64,000 nt of DNA from positions 1 through 64,000 of the forward strand of contig JACRCW010000168.1 in assembly GCA_016218805.1 (NCBI GenBank), read 5' to 3'. Below, one piece after another: positions 1-10,969 of this stretch; position 1 is the stretch's first letter; the number at the start of each line of letters is the position of its first letter. Under the pieces are notes generated by a model. It did no database searches. It had not been told where the DNA came from and saw only the letters and a list, made by a program, of their open reading frames with translations. This DNA is from Deltaproteobacteria bacterium. Lineage in GTDB: Bacteria; Myxococcota; JACRCW01. The position numbers and the translations under genes were made by a program.

Positions 1-76
1 CCGAACTCGGAAGTTAAGCCCGTCAGCGCCAATGGTACTGCACCCTGCGGGTGTGGGAGAGTAGGACGCCGCCAGA
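1..76 (+). rRNA. rrf: 5S rRNA, 3' portion (truncated by window start)
   Basis: CCGAACTCGGAAGTTAAGC...GCCAATGGTACT...GGGAGAGTAGGACGCCGCCAG matches the conserved bacterial 5S rRNA 3' two-thirds. Confidence 0.95.
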
Positions 77-92
77 TCCTTCCTCGCTTCAC

Positions 93-140
93 CAAACGCC
101 CTGGGCCCTTTCATTTGGTCCCAGGGCGTTTGCCTTTTCT
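93..140 (+). terminator. Rho-independent terminator after 5S rRNA
   Basis: Stem CAAACGCCCTGGG (93-105) / CCCAGGGCGTTTG (120-132) followed by CCTTTTCT. Confidence 0.85.
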
Positions 141-243
141 TATTCCACCCCCAACCGGATCCGCACGCGCGCCGGGACCGCGGATGTCGCCCGCCGGGCG
201 CAACCGTGGTCTTCACCGCGCCGTTCTCTCGACGGAAAAACGC

Positions 244-273
244 TTGACCCCGCTCTCCGCGGCGACCTATGGC
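244..273 (+). promoter_or_regulatory. Putative sigma70 promoter of sucCD
   Basis: TTGACC-N18-TATGGC upstream of a GC hairpin (293-312) and the AGGAG RBS. Confidence 0.4.
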
Positions 274-327
274 ACGCCCCTCTGACGTACACGGCCCGCC
301 CGCGGGCGGGCCTTCGCAGGAGTCTCC

Positions 328-1494
328 ATGAAGGTGCATGAATACCAGGGCAAGGAGATTTTCCGCCGGTTTGGCGTGGCCGTGCTGGAAGGCCACTTGG
401 CCACCACCGTTGATGACGCCGTCGCCGCCGCCAGGAAGATCGGGAAATACCCGGTGGTCGTGAAGGCGCAGATTCACGCCGGCGGGCGCGGCAAGGGCGG
501 CGGCGTGAAACTCGCCAAGACTGAGGATGAGGTCCGCGCGCACGCCAAGGCCATCCTGGGCATGCAGCTGGTCACGCACCAGACCGGTCCCAAGGGCCAG
601 AAGGTCCGCAAGCTCTTCATTGAGGCCGGCTGCAACATTGCCCGCGAACTGTACCTGGGCCTGCTCCTGGACCGCGAGAGCTCCCGCCTCACCTTCATTG
701 CCTCCAATGAAGGCGGCATGGAGATTGAGAAAGTGGCCGAGGAGACGCCGGAGAAGCTCCTCAAGGTGCAGGTGGATCCCGCCACGGGTCTCAGTCCGTT
801 CCAGGTCCGCCAAATGGGGTACTTCCTCAAGCTGGACGGCCCCGCCATGAAGTCCGCCATGAAGTTCCTCCCCGCGCTCTACAAGGCGTACGGGGAAATG
901 GACTGCACACTGGTGGAGATCAATCCGCTCGTTGTCACCAAGGAGGGCGAGCTGGTGGCCCTGGATGCCAAGGTGAACTTTGATGACAACGCGCTGTACC
1001 GCCACCCGGACGTGGAGGAGATGCGCGACCCCGACGAGGAAGACGCCAAGGAGAACGAGGCCAAGAAGTATGACCTCAGCTACATATCCCTGGACGGCAA
1101 CGTGGGCTGCATGGTCAACGGCGCCGGCCTGGCCATGGCCACCATGGACGCCATCAAGTTCTTTGGCGGCGCGCCGGCCAACTTCCTGGACGTGGGCGGC
1201 GGCGCCACCCAGGACAAGGTCACCGCGGCTTTCAAGATCATCCTGTCCGACCCCAATGTGAAGGCGGTGCTGGTCAACATCTTTGGCGGCATTGCCAAGT
1301 GTGACGTCATTGCCGGGGGCGTGGTGGGCGCGGCCAAGGAAGTGGGCCTCAAGGTCCCCCTGGTGGTGCGGCTGGAGGGCACCAACGTGGACCTGGGCCG
1401 CAAGATCCTCAAGGACAGCGGCCTGCCCATCACCTCCGCCGAAGGCGTCCGCGACGCCGCCGAAAAGGTCGTCAAGGCGGCGGCGTCCGCCTGA
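328..1494 (+). CDS. sucC: Succinyl-CoA synthetase beta subunit
   Basis: [61 protein letters not shown] motifs. Confidence 0.98.
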   Translation: MKVHEYQGKEIFRRFGVAVLEGHLATTVDDAVAAARKIGKYPVVVKAQIHAGGRGKGGGVKLAKTEDEVRAHAKAILGMQLVTHQTGPKGQKVRKLFIEAGCNIARELYLGLLLDRESSRLTFIASNEGGMEIEKVAEETPEKLLKVQVDPATGLSPFQVRQMGYFLKLDGPAMKSAMKFLPALYKAYGEMDCTLVEINPLVVTKEGELVALDAKVNFDDNALYRHPDVEEMRDPDEEDAKENEAKKYDLSYISLDGNVGCMVNGAGLAMATMDAIKFFGGAPANFLDVGGGATQDKVTAAFKIILSDPNVKAVLVNIFGGIAKCDVIAGGVVGAAKEVGLKVPLVVRLEGTNVDLGRKILKDSGLPITSAEGVRDAAEKVVKAAASA

Positions 1495-1538
1495 AGGTCC
1501 CGTTTCGCGAAACTCACCGAATTGGAAGGAAGACAGTC

Positions 1539-2417
1539 ATGGCCATCATGGTGAACAAGGACACGCGGGTGATCGTGCAGGGCATCACCGGCGACGCGGG
1601 CAGCTTCCACGCCAAGCAGATGGTTGCCTACGGCACCAAGCTGGTTGGCGGCGTCACGCCCAACAAGGGCGGCACCTTCTTCAACGCGGACAAGGCGAAC
1701 ATCCCGATCTTCAACACCGTTCGCGACGCCGTCAAAGAGACCGGCGCCCAGGCCACCGTGGTGTATGTGCCGCCGCAGTTTGCCGGTGATGCCATCCTGG
1801 AGGCGGTGGACGCCGGGCTGGACCTGGTGGTCACCATCACGGAGGGCATCCCGGTGATGGACATGGTGAAGGTCAAGCGCGCCATGGCGGGCAGCAAGAC
1901 GCGCCTGCTGGGCCCCAACTGCCCCGGCGTCATCACCCCGGATGAATGCAAGATTGGGATCATGCCCGGCCACATCCACAAGCGCGGCCACGTGGGCGTG
2001 GTCAGCCGCTCGGGCACGCTCACCTATGAAGCGGTGCACCAGCTCACGCAGCTGGGCATTGGCCAGTCCACGTGCGTGGGCATTGGCGGGGACCCGGTGA
2101 ACGGGACGGACTTTGTGGACGTGCTCAAGATGTTCAACGAGGACCCGGATACCAACGCCGTCATCATGATCGGTGAAATCGGCGGAAACGCGGAGATCCG
2201 CGGCGCCGAATACATCAAGAAGCACATGAAGAAGCCGGTGGCCGGGTTCATAGCCGGGCGCACCGCCCCCCCGGGGCGCCGCATGGGTCACGCCGGCGCC
2301 ATTGTGTCCGGCGGCAAGGACACCGCGGATCACAAGGTGCGGGTGCTGACCGAGGCCGGCGTGAAGATTGCGCCCACGCCCGCGGACATGGGCACCACGC
2401 TCAAGAGCATGCTCTGA
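1539..2417 (+). CDS. sucD: Succinyl-CoA synthetase alpha subunit
   Basis: [36 protein letters not shown] (phospho-His) motifs. Confidence 0.98.
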   Translation: MAIMVNKDTRVIVQGITGDAGSFHAKQMVAYGTKLVGGVTPNKGGTFFNADKANIPIFNTVRDAVKETGAQATVVYVPPQFAGDAILEAVDAGLDLVVTITEGIPVMDMVKVKRAMAGSKTRLLGPNCPGVITPDECKIGIMPGHIHKRGHVGVVSRSGTLTYEAVHQLTQLGIGQSTCVGIGGDPVNGTDFVDVLKMFNEDPDTNAVIMIGEIGGNAEIRGAEYIKKHMKKPVAGFIAGRTAPPGRRMGHAGAIVSGGKDTADHKVRVLTEAGVKIAPTPADMGTTLKSML

Positions 2418-2424
2418 GCGGAAT

Positions 2425-3660
2425 TCAGGCCAATCCCAGCGCCGGATCCCGCCACACCAAGCGGCCGCCTTTCACGACGGTGGCCACCGGTTGGCCCGCC
2501 ATTTCATAGAGCAGCGCTTCCGGGTCACGCTGGCGCAGCACCACCGCGTCACACGGCGCGCCCACGTACAGCCGCCCCAGGTCCGCGCGTCCCACGGCGC
2601 GCGCGGCGGCGCGGGTGACGGCGCTGATCGCTTCGTCCACGTTGAGGCCGTAGAGCTACACCGCCAGCGTCCCCGCCAGCGGCAGGTGCGAACACGGGCT
2701 GGACCCCGGGTTGAAATCCGTGGAAACCGCCACCGGCACACCCGCGTCCAACAGGGCGCGGCCCGGCGCGGTCTCGCGGTGGCCCAGGAACACCTGCGCG
2801 GTGGGCAGCAGCACCGCCACCGTGCCGGACTTCTTGAGCGCGTCAATCCCCGCCGCGGACGCGTGGTCCAGGTGGTCCGCGCTCGCCGCCCCCAGCTCCG
2901 CGGCCAGCTCCGCGCCCCCGCCCGACGACAGCTGGTCCACGTGCAGCTTGATGCCCAGCCCGTGCCGCCGGGCCGCCTCCGCCACCCGCCGCGCCTGTGC
3001 GGGCGTGAATGCACCCTTTTCCACGAACACGTCCGCGAATTTCGCCAGCTTTCCTTCCTCCACCTGCGGCAACATCTCGCCGCAGACGACGTCAATGTAC
3101 CGATCCGGATTCTCCAGGAATTCCGGCGGGACGGTGTGCGCGCCCAGGAACGTGGGCACCAATTCCACCGATTGCATGGCGCCCAGCACGCGCACCGCGC
3201 GGAGGATCTTCAGCTCGTCCGCCAGCGTGAGCCCGTACCCGGATTTCACTTCGCACGTGGTCACGCCGTGGTGCAGCAGCGTGTGCAGGCGGGGCAGGGC
3301 CAGGTCCACCAGCTCAGCTTCCGTGGCGGTCCGCGTGGCGCGCACCGTGGTCACAATGCCGCCGCCCTCCGCAGCAATCTCCGCATACGTGGCCCCGCGT
3401 GACCGCCGCGCATAGTCCTTCACCCGGTTGCCGGCGAACACCAGGTGCGTGTGCGCCTCAACGAGGCCCGGCAGCACGGCGCCGCCGCGCGCGTCCACCT
3501 GCGGCGTGCCCGGCGGGATGGCAGGGAGATCCTTCTCCGGCCCCAGCCACGTCACCAGGTCATCCGCGGCGACGAGCGCGGCGTGTTCCATCCGCCCCAG
3601 CAGGTCGCTGCCGGAGGGCTCCAGGGTGCACAACACGCCGATGTTGCGGATCACGAACAT
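2425..3660 (-). pseudogene. hutI: Imidazolonepropionase interrupted by a single in-frame TAG at 2656-2658 (nonsense allele, sequencing error or readthrough)
   Basis: PGLVEAHTHLVFAG, EVKSGYGL, TFLGAH, KLHVDQL, SADHL, STDFNPGSS; the same frame continues after the TAG as LYGLNVDEAISAVTRAAARAVG...GRL...D...VVKGG, the normal HutI C-terminus. Confidence 0.9.
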
Positions 3661-3675
3661 GGTCGGACTCCGTCG

Positions 3676-4716
3676 TCACTCGGGCAGCGCGGGAACGGAC
3701 TCCAAAGGCGCGGTCTCCGGCGGGACCTGCAGCGGGTCCGCGGGGATGGCCGGGTCTTGCGGCGGGGCCGGCGGCGGGGCGGGCGGGGCCGGCGCCGCGG
3801 GCTTCTCCTCAACCGGCGGCGCGGGTTCCGGCGGGGGCACGGGGGCCGCCGCGGCGGCCCGCTCGGCGCGCTGGCGCTCCTTGAGCGCGTCATCGGCCAG
3901 GGCCTTCTTGGCGGCGGCGGTCTCCTCCGCCCAGGTCCGCGCGTCCCGCCATTCCTGCAGCGCGGCGCCCAGATGCCACGCCGCCACCGCGCCCAGCGGG
4001 GCCAGCAGGGCAAACGCGGCCAGCGTGCCTGCCATGGAGAATTCGCGCACGGCAAGGTTGCGGCCGGTGCGGTCTGCGGGCCACAGGATGACCAGCGTCC
4101 CCATACCGCCCGCCGCCACCGCCATCCCCGCGACGGCGAGGGTGGCGGCGGCGGGTGCGAGGATGCGGCGCTCGCTCATGAAACCCAGGCCGCCCACGCA
4201 CACCGCGGTGGCCGCCGTCCCGACGGTGATCCCGGCGAGCAGTGGCATCACCCCGCCGACGGGCACGCGCGGGTGCGCCAGCGTTGCGGCGGGCCGGTCC
4301 AACGTGCGTGCCAGCAGGGCCGCGCCACCGGCGGCGCCCAGCGCCCCCGCGGCGCCCAGGACGGAGCAGCCCAACTGCGCCGCCGCCAGCCACCCGCGCT
4401 GCCCCACGGCGAGCGGAACCGTGTGTCGGTTGACGTCGGTGACATCCGGACGCCTCAGCGGGGCGCGTGCCGCTGGCGCTGGGACCGCAGCGCGGCGCCG
4501 CGGGGCCTTGGCGCGCGGGGCGGGGGCCGGCGTGGGCGCGCGCTTGGGGACAGCCTTCTGCTTGCGTGGCGCCCGGCGCCGGCGCGGCGTGGGTTTGGCG
4601 GGGGCCGGATCGTCGTCGGACGGCGTATCGGCCGGGGGCGGCAGCGGGGCTGCGTCTGGCGCCTGGCCGTCGGCCAGCAGCGCCACGGAGAGCAGCATGG
4701 AGAGGGCGCCGTTCAC
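3676..4716 (-). CDS. Hypothetical membrane protein (signal-like N-terminus, Pro/Arg-rich linker, about 4 TM helices, Pro-rich tail)
   Basis: GTG start overlapping the upstream TGA (GTGA at 4713-4716); hydrophobic Ala/Gly helices; similar to the adjacent gene. Confidence 0.65.
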   Translation of the reverse strand: MNGALSMLLSVALLADGQAPDAAPLPPPADTPSDDDPAPAKPTPRRRRAPRKQKAVPKRAPTPAPAPRAKAPRRRAAVPAPAARAPLRRPDVTDVNRHTVPLAVGQRGWLAAAQLGCSVLGAAGALGAAGGAALLARTLDRPAATLAHPRVPVGGVMPLLAGITVGTAATAVCVGGLGFMSERRILAPAAATLAVAGMAVAAGGMGTLVILWPADRTGRNLAVREFSMAGTLAAFALLAPLGAVAAWHLGAALQEWRDARTWAEETAAAKKALADDALKERQRAERAAAAAPVPPPEPAPPVEEKPAAPAPPAPPPAPPQDPAIPADPLQVPPETAPLESVPALPE

Positions 4717-5623
4717 CGTGGAACTCCGCTGCGACGCCGGCGCGGGGCCTTGTCGGCGGGCGCGGGACGGGAAGGCGTGACGGCGGGCTCGGCCGATTCG
4801 CCGCCGCGCGCCCAGGCGGCCACCGCGTAGGCTGCCGTGCCCGCCAAAGGAGCAAGGAACACCACCGCGAGGGTCGCCGTGAGGACGTTGAGCGCGAGGG
4901 CCCAATCGGTGCCCCGGATGAGGGGCAGGCCGGTGTCCAGCCGGATGGGTGAACGCACGGTGATGGTGGCTTGGGAGGGGGCGGGCGCCCAACGCAGGAA
5001 GATGGCCGCAGCCACCGCGCCACCGACCAGCAGCGCGACGACGTCCACCAGGGCGATGGCCGCTGCCGCGGCGCCCACCGCCAGCAGGTCCTCGTCCCCG
5101 AAGTAGCCCGTGAGCCCCAGGCCCGTGGTGGCCGCCAGCGTGTGCAGCGGGAGCACCATCAGGAAATGCAGCCCCATCCCCAGCGCACCGAACAGCGGGT
5201 TTCCCAGGATGCTGCATGCCAGCAGCGCCGGGCACGCGAACGCGCCACACACCACTGCCACCGCGCCCGTCACCGCGCCGGCCAGCGCCTGCACGGAGGT
5301 GCGCCGCGCACGTTCCGGCCCGGTCATTCCGCTGCGTTCACGCAGCGGGTCCCCCAGGGGCTCCGGCGGGGCCGGGACAATGACCTTTCCCGTCTTGTCA
5401 CGCCTCGCCGCGGCGCGCGGCTTCTCCGGGCGCGGCGGCACCGGCTTCACCGGCGCCGCTGGCGCACCAAAGACCTTCCGCTCCCCGTCGTCACTGGCGG
5501 CGGGCGGCGCTTCCGGCTCCTCCAGCGCGCGTTCCGTCCCCGCGGCACCCGAGTCCTGGGCGCGCACGCCCGGCACGGCGGCGCACAGCGCCCCCAGCAC
5601 CAGCAGGACCCGGACGCCGCGCG

Positions 5624-5627
<4 letters not shown>
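4713..5627 (-). CDS. Hypothetical membrane protein, probable paralogue of 3676-4716
   Basis: Signal peptide [25 protein letters not shown], Pro-rich linker, several TM segments; start overlaps the hutU stop. Confidence 0.7.
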
Positions 5628-7282
<1,655 letters not shown>

Positions 7283-7403
7283 GTGGGGTCTCTCCTCGGG
7301 ACAAAGAACGGAAGGGGCAGCCTCCTACCACAGCCCGTGGGCGGGCACATTGACGCCGGCCCCGGACCCGGCGGACAACGTGGCTCCCACTTGGGAGGTC
7401 CTC

Positions 7404-7910
7404 ATGCCGTACTGCCCCAGCTGCTACAGCGAATACCGCCGCGGCTACTCGGACTGCGCGTCGTGCAAGGTCCCCCTCGTCGAGAAGCTGGAAGACGCGC
7501 TGGAGATGGGCGAGGCCGAACAGGCCACCTACTTCCAGGACAAGTCCGTGGTCATGGTCACCCAGGGCGGCATTGCCACCGTCCTGGAGGTGCGGGACAT
7601 CCTGGAGACCGGTGGCTGCCCGTGCCGCATCCGCCCCGTTGAGGGCTCCGACGACATGCCCCCCGTGGCCCAGCTGTTCCGGCTGGACATCGTCGACACG
7701 GACCTGGACAAGGCGCGCGCCATCCTGGGCAACCGCTGGAAGGAATCCCTGGCCAAGGAGGGCGTCACCGCCGCCGCCACGGAGAAGGAAGCCGTGCTGG
7801 CTGACGGGTCTGAGACGGAGTGCCCCGCGTGCAGCACGCGCTTCACGCCCAAGGACACCAAGAGCGCCGAATGCCCGGAGTGCGGCCTCTTCCTGGGAGT
7901 CCCCGGGTAG
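7404..7910 (+). CDS. Small protein with N- and C-terminal zinc ribbons around a DUF2007-like core
   Basis: GGGAGG RBS; CPSC..CASC at the N-terminus and CPAC..CPECG at the C-terminus. Confidence 0.75.
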   Translation: MPYCPSCYSEYRRGYSDCASCKVPLVEKLEDALEMGEAEQATYFQDKSVVMVTQGGIATVLEVRDILETGGCPCRIRPVEGSDDMPPVAQLFRLDIVDTDLDKARAILGNRWKESLAKEGVTAAATEKEAVLADGSETECPACSTRFTPKDTKSAECPECGLFLGVPG

Positions 7911-7982
7911 GATAGGAACCCACCTTGGGTGGGGGACGGAACCAAACCGCCACACAATGCGTGGTGGTTCAAAAAAGACCTC

Positions 7983-7999
7983 CTTGACGCATGTTCAGG
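7983..7999 (+). promoter_or_regulatory. Putative LexA (SOS) box overlapping a TTGACG -35 element
   Basis: CTTGACGCATGTTCAGG matches the Myxococcus xanthus LexA consensus CTRHAMRYBYGTTCAGS at 14/17; TGn-CACCTT -10-like element 17 nt after TTGACG. Confidence 0.55.
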
Positions 8000-8019
8000 C
8001 GAGTGACACCTTCTCGCTC

Positions 8020-9021
8020 GTGAACGGCGCGCTTCCCCTCTTGCGAACGGATCCTTCCCGGCACGGGATCCTCCAGCCCATCAGCGGCTGCGGTGAGGCG
8101 CAGGTGGGCATGGACGTGGCGGAGGGGTGCGCGGCCACGTGCATCCACTGCACGGGCGGGTTGGCGGGTGACAAGTATGGTCAGCCAACGGCGCCCGTGG
8201 TGGAGCGGGAAGCCGGCGCCAAGGTGTCACGCGAGCTGGAAGCGTTGGCGGGCGTGGGCCGGCGGCCCGCGCGGATCCGTCTGGGCGTGGTGAGCGATCC
8301 GTTCCTGCCGGATCCCAAGGTGCTGGCGGCCACGTGCGAGGTGCTGGCGGCGGCGTTTGACGGCGGGGTCCCCGTTGAGATCCATACGCGCAGCATGGTC
8401 CCGGAGGCGGTGCTTGGGCTGCTCAAGACGCATCCGCACATGGTGCACGTGGTGATGGGCGTGATGGGGATGCGGGACAGCGCGGCGCGGGTCTATGAAC
8501 CGTCCCTGCCGCCACCGCTGGGCCGCCTCAAGGGCCTCCGGCCGCTGATGGCGGCGGGGATTCCCGTGACGGTGCGCGTGGAACCGCTCATCCCGCTGGT
8601 CAATGACACGGAGGCGGACTTGGAGGAGCTGTTCAGCGCGGTGGCCAAGGTGGGCGTGAAGCGCGTGGAGCTGGCGTATCTGCAGCTGACGCCGGACACC
8701 GCCAAGAGCCTGTCCCGCGGGTTGCCGCGCATGCACCGGGAGATGCTCAAGGGGTTGTTTGGGCAGGAGCCGTGGCGCGAAAGCCCGCAGGGGACGCGCA
8801 AGCTGCTCCCCCGCATGCTCAGGGACGCCGGCTATGAGCGCGCGCTGGAAAGCGCCCGCCGCGTGGGCCTGTACGCTTCCGTTTGCGCGACCGTGGATCC
8901 CGACGTGAAGGGGGCGCGGGTCTGCCACCGCGCGCTGGGGGATGCGCCGGTGGTCCCGGCGGCCCGCAAGTCCACGCCGCCGGTGGCGGCCACCCAACAG
9001 CTCGGCCTGTTCAAAGGCTGA
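8020..9021 (+). CDS. Radical SAM protein, spore photoproduct lyase (SplB/Rv2578c-like) family
   Basis: GCAATCIHC (CxxxCxxC), VSDPF, HTRS, YEP..P....RL, RVEPLIPLVND; C-terminal QLGLF; start may instead be the ATG at 7957. Confidence 0.8.
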   Translation: MNGALPLLRTDPSRHGILQPISGCGEAQVGMDVAEGCAATCIHCTGGLAGDKYGQPTAPVVEREAGAKVSRELEALAGVGRRPARIRLGVVSDPFLPDPKVLAATCEVLAAAFDGGVPVEIHTRSMVPEAVLGLLKTHPHMVHVVMGVMGMRDSAARVYEPSLPPPLGRLKGLRPLMAAGIPVTVRVEPLIPLVNDTEADLEELFSAVAKVGVKRVELAYLQLTPDTAKSLSRGLPRMHREMLKGLFGQEPWRESPQGTRKLLPRMLRDAGYERALESARRVGLYASVCATVDPDVKGARVCHRALGDAPVVPAARKSTPPVAATQQLGLFKG

Positions 9022-9045
9022 TAGCCGTCCATCAAGCCCGCAGGC

Positions 9046-9074
9046 AGACCCGCCGGCGCTTGGAGGCGGCGGGT
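9046..9074. terminator. Hairpin between convergent genes (possible bidirectional terminator)
   Basis: ACCCGCCG...CGGCGGGT inverted repeat; no U-tract. Confidence 0.35.
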
Positions 9075-9085
9075 GCCGCGGCCGC

Positions 9086-10840
9086 TTACAGAGGGCCGCA
9101 GCGCGGGGGATAGACCCGCTGGGTGTCAGGCGGATCCTCGCACGTGAACCCGGTGGGGCAGTCCGTACCGCCCAGGGTGCACAGCACGGTGCACAGCCCG
9201 TCTGACGCGCCGGCGCCGCTGCAGATGGAATCACCCTGCAGGGATCCCCCGGACAGGCCGCACTCCTGGCCAAAGTTGCACGGTTGCTGGTTCACCAGGT
9301 CCAGGTAGGCAGCGCAGGAGTCCTCGCCGTGGACGCTGTTGGAGGGCAGGCATTGCCGGCCGCGCACCGGGTTGCCCACCTCCGTGCAGGCCGTTCCCGC
9401 TGGGCAGGCCTGGCCGGCGGAGCAATCCGTGCCGCAGGCGCTCTCCGTGCGGAAGCCCACCCGGTGGGTCACGCACAGGTCCGCCGCACCACCGCATTGG
9501 TCGTCGCTGTCGCACGGTGCGCACAGCGGGCGGTTGCCGGTGGGTACGCAGCGCTCGGCCGTGCACTGTTCCCAGGCGGAGCAGTCCGCGGCGCCTTCGC
9601 ACTGCACGCAGACCTGCAGCGTGGGGCTGCAGAAGAAGCCCGGCACCACCCGGCAGGTGTCAAACCCCGCCTGCGGGTCGCAGGTCACTGAGCAGGTGTA
9701 CTCCGCCGTGCACGTGGCGCCGTTGCCAAGAACCTGGCAATCCGGCGTGCCCAGGCACTCCACGCACGCGTGCGAGGCCACCTCGCACTTGTTGTGCTGC
9801 AGCGTGGTGCAGTCGGTGTCGGCGTCGCAGCCGGCCAGACACTGGCCCACGGTGTTTGTCGTTGTGGACGTGCAGTATTGGCCGCGGGGGCAGTCCCGCG
9901 TGGGCGGGCGGCAGCCGGCCACACAGGACCCGGCGTTGCACACGCTCCCCAGCGGGCAGACGTCATCCACCTGGCATTGCCGGATGCACTGGTTGTTGGT
10001 GCACAGGAACTGCGCGGGGTCCCCGCAATCAGACGCCTGCGTGCAGCCGGCCTGGCACTGGCCGGAGGGGCCCAGGTCCGTGCGGCAATAGCTGCCGGCG
10101 GGGCAGGTGTTGGGGTTGTCACGGCACCCCGGGACGCAGTCATTGGCCTCGCACACCCGGCCCACCGGGCACTGCGTGTCGTCAACGCAGCGGACGCAGG
10201 TCTGGGTTGCCGCGTCGCAGGTGAGCGGCCATCCGCATTGGCCGGACTGGCAACCCGTGCGGCATCCGCCGCTGATGCACTGCGGGTTGTTCCCGCTGCA
10301 GTCATTGGCGGTCAGGCACTCCACGCACGTCCCGTTGGGACCGGTGCCGGTGTCACACAGCAGCTGGCCGGGGCAGTCATTGGCGGTGACGCAGCCGGGG
10401 ACGCACACCAGGTTGACGCACAGCGCACCCAGGTTGCAGTCACGCGTGCTGGCACAGGGGGGGCCCGCCGGACGGGAACTGGACGGGGTGGCTGACGACG
10501 ACGCGGCCACGGTGCCGCTGCTGCCACCGGTGCTGCTGCTGCTGGACGAGGACAGTGCGCCGCCGGATGACCCGCCCGACGAGGTGCTTGCGGCGGAGGA
10601 GCCACCGGCGGCGGATGTGCCCGCCGAGCTGCCGCCCGACGTCCCACTGTTGCCCCCGCTGCTGCTGCTGGAGGTCTGCCCGCCGTCCGGGTGGGTGTTG
10701 TTGTTGCCGCCATCCCCGCCGGTGTTGTTGGGGCCGCCGCCGTCCTCCGCGGCCACCCCCGGGCTGCCGTCCTTGGTACAGCCCACGCCCGCCGTCACCA
10801 CCAGCGCGGCCCACAGGCCGCCCGCACGCCATGCACGCAT
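9086..10840 (-). CDS. Cysteine-rich repeat lipoprotein (myxobacterial type)
   Basis: Lipobox-like TAGVG-C, Ser/Gly linker, more than 10 repeats of CxxxxDCxxGxxC...CV. Confidence 0.8.
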   Translation of the reverse strand: MRAWRAGGLWAALVVTAGVGCTKDGSPGVAAEDGGGPNNTGGDGGNNNTHPDGGQTSSSSSGGNSGTSGGSSAGTSAAGGSSAASTSSGGSSGGALSSSSSSSTGGSSGTVAASSSATPSSSRPAGPPCASTRDCNLGALCVNLVCVPGCVTANDCPGQLLCDTGTGPNGTCVECLTANDCSGNNPQCISGGCRTGCQSGQCGWPLTCDAATQTCVRCVDDTQCPVGRVCEANDCVPGCRDNPNTCPAGSYCRTDLGPSGQCQAGCTQASDCGDPAQFLCTNNQCIRQCQVDDVCPLGSVCNAGSCVAGCRPPTRDCPRGQYCTSTTTNTVGQCLAGCDADTDCTTLQHNKCEVASHACVECLGTPDCQVLGNGATCTAEYTCSVTCDPQAGFDTCRVVPGFFCSPTLQVCVQCEGAADCSAWEQCTAERCVPTGNRPLCAPCDSDDQCGGAADLCVTHRVGFRTESACGTDCSAGQACPAGTACTEVGNPVRGRQCLPSNSVHGEDSCAAYLDLVNQQPCNFGQECGLSGGSLQGDSICSGAGASDGLCTVLCTLGGTDCPTGFTCEDPPDTQRVYPPRCGPL

Positions 10841-10969
10841 TGTGAAACCTCCGCCAGGCCACGCCCCTGCACGCCGGGGCCAAGGGAGCGGTAGGCTACG
10901 AGCCGAGTTGGCGACCTGCAACAGCGCGCCCGACCCGATGGGGCGGGGCGTGGACGACTGGAGGCGTGC

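Noticed and set aside
270..286. Sigma54 promoter TGGCACG... upstream of sucC
   Set aside because: The -12 element is CCCCTCTGA, lacking the required TTGC at the right spacing
2656..2658. Genome-wide TAG reassignment
   Set aside because: Other genes end at TAG at their expected C-termini, and no other internal TAG was seen in conserved genes
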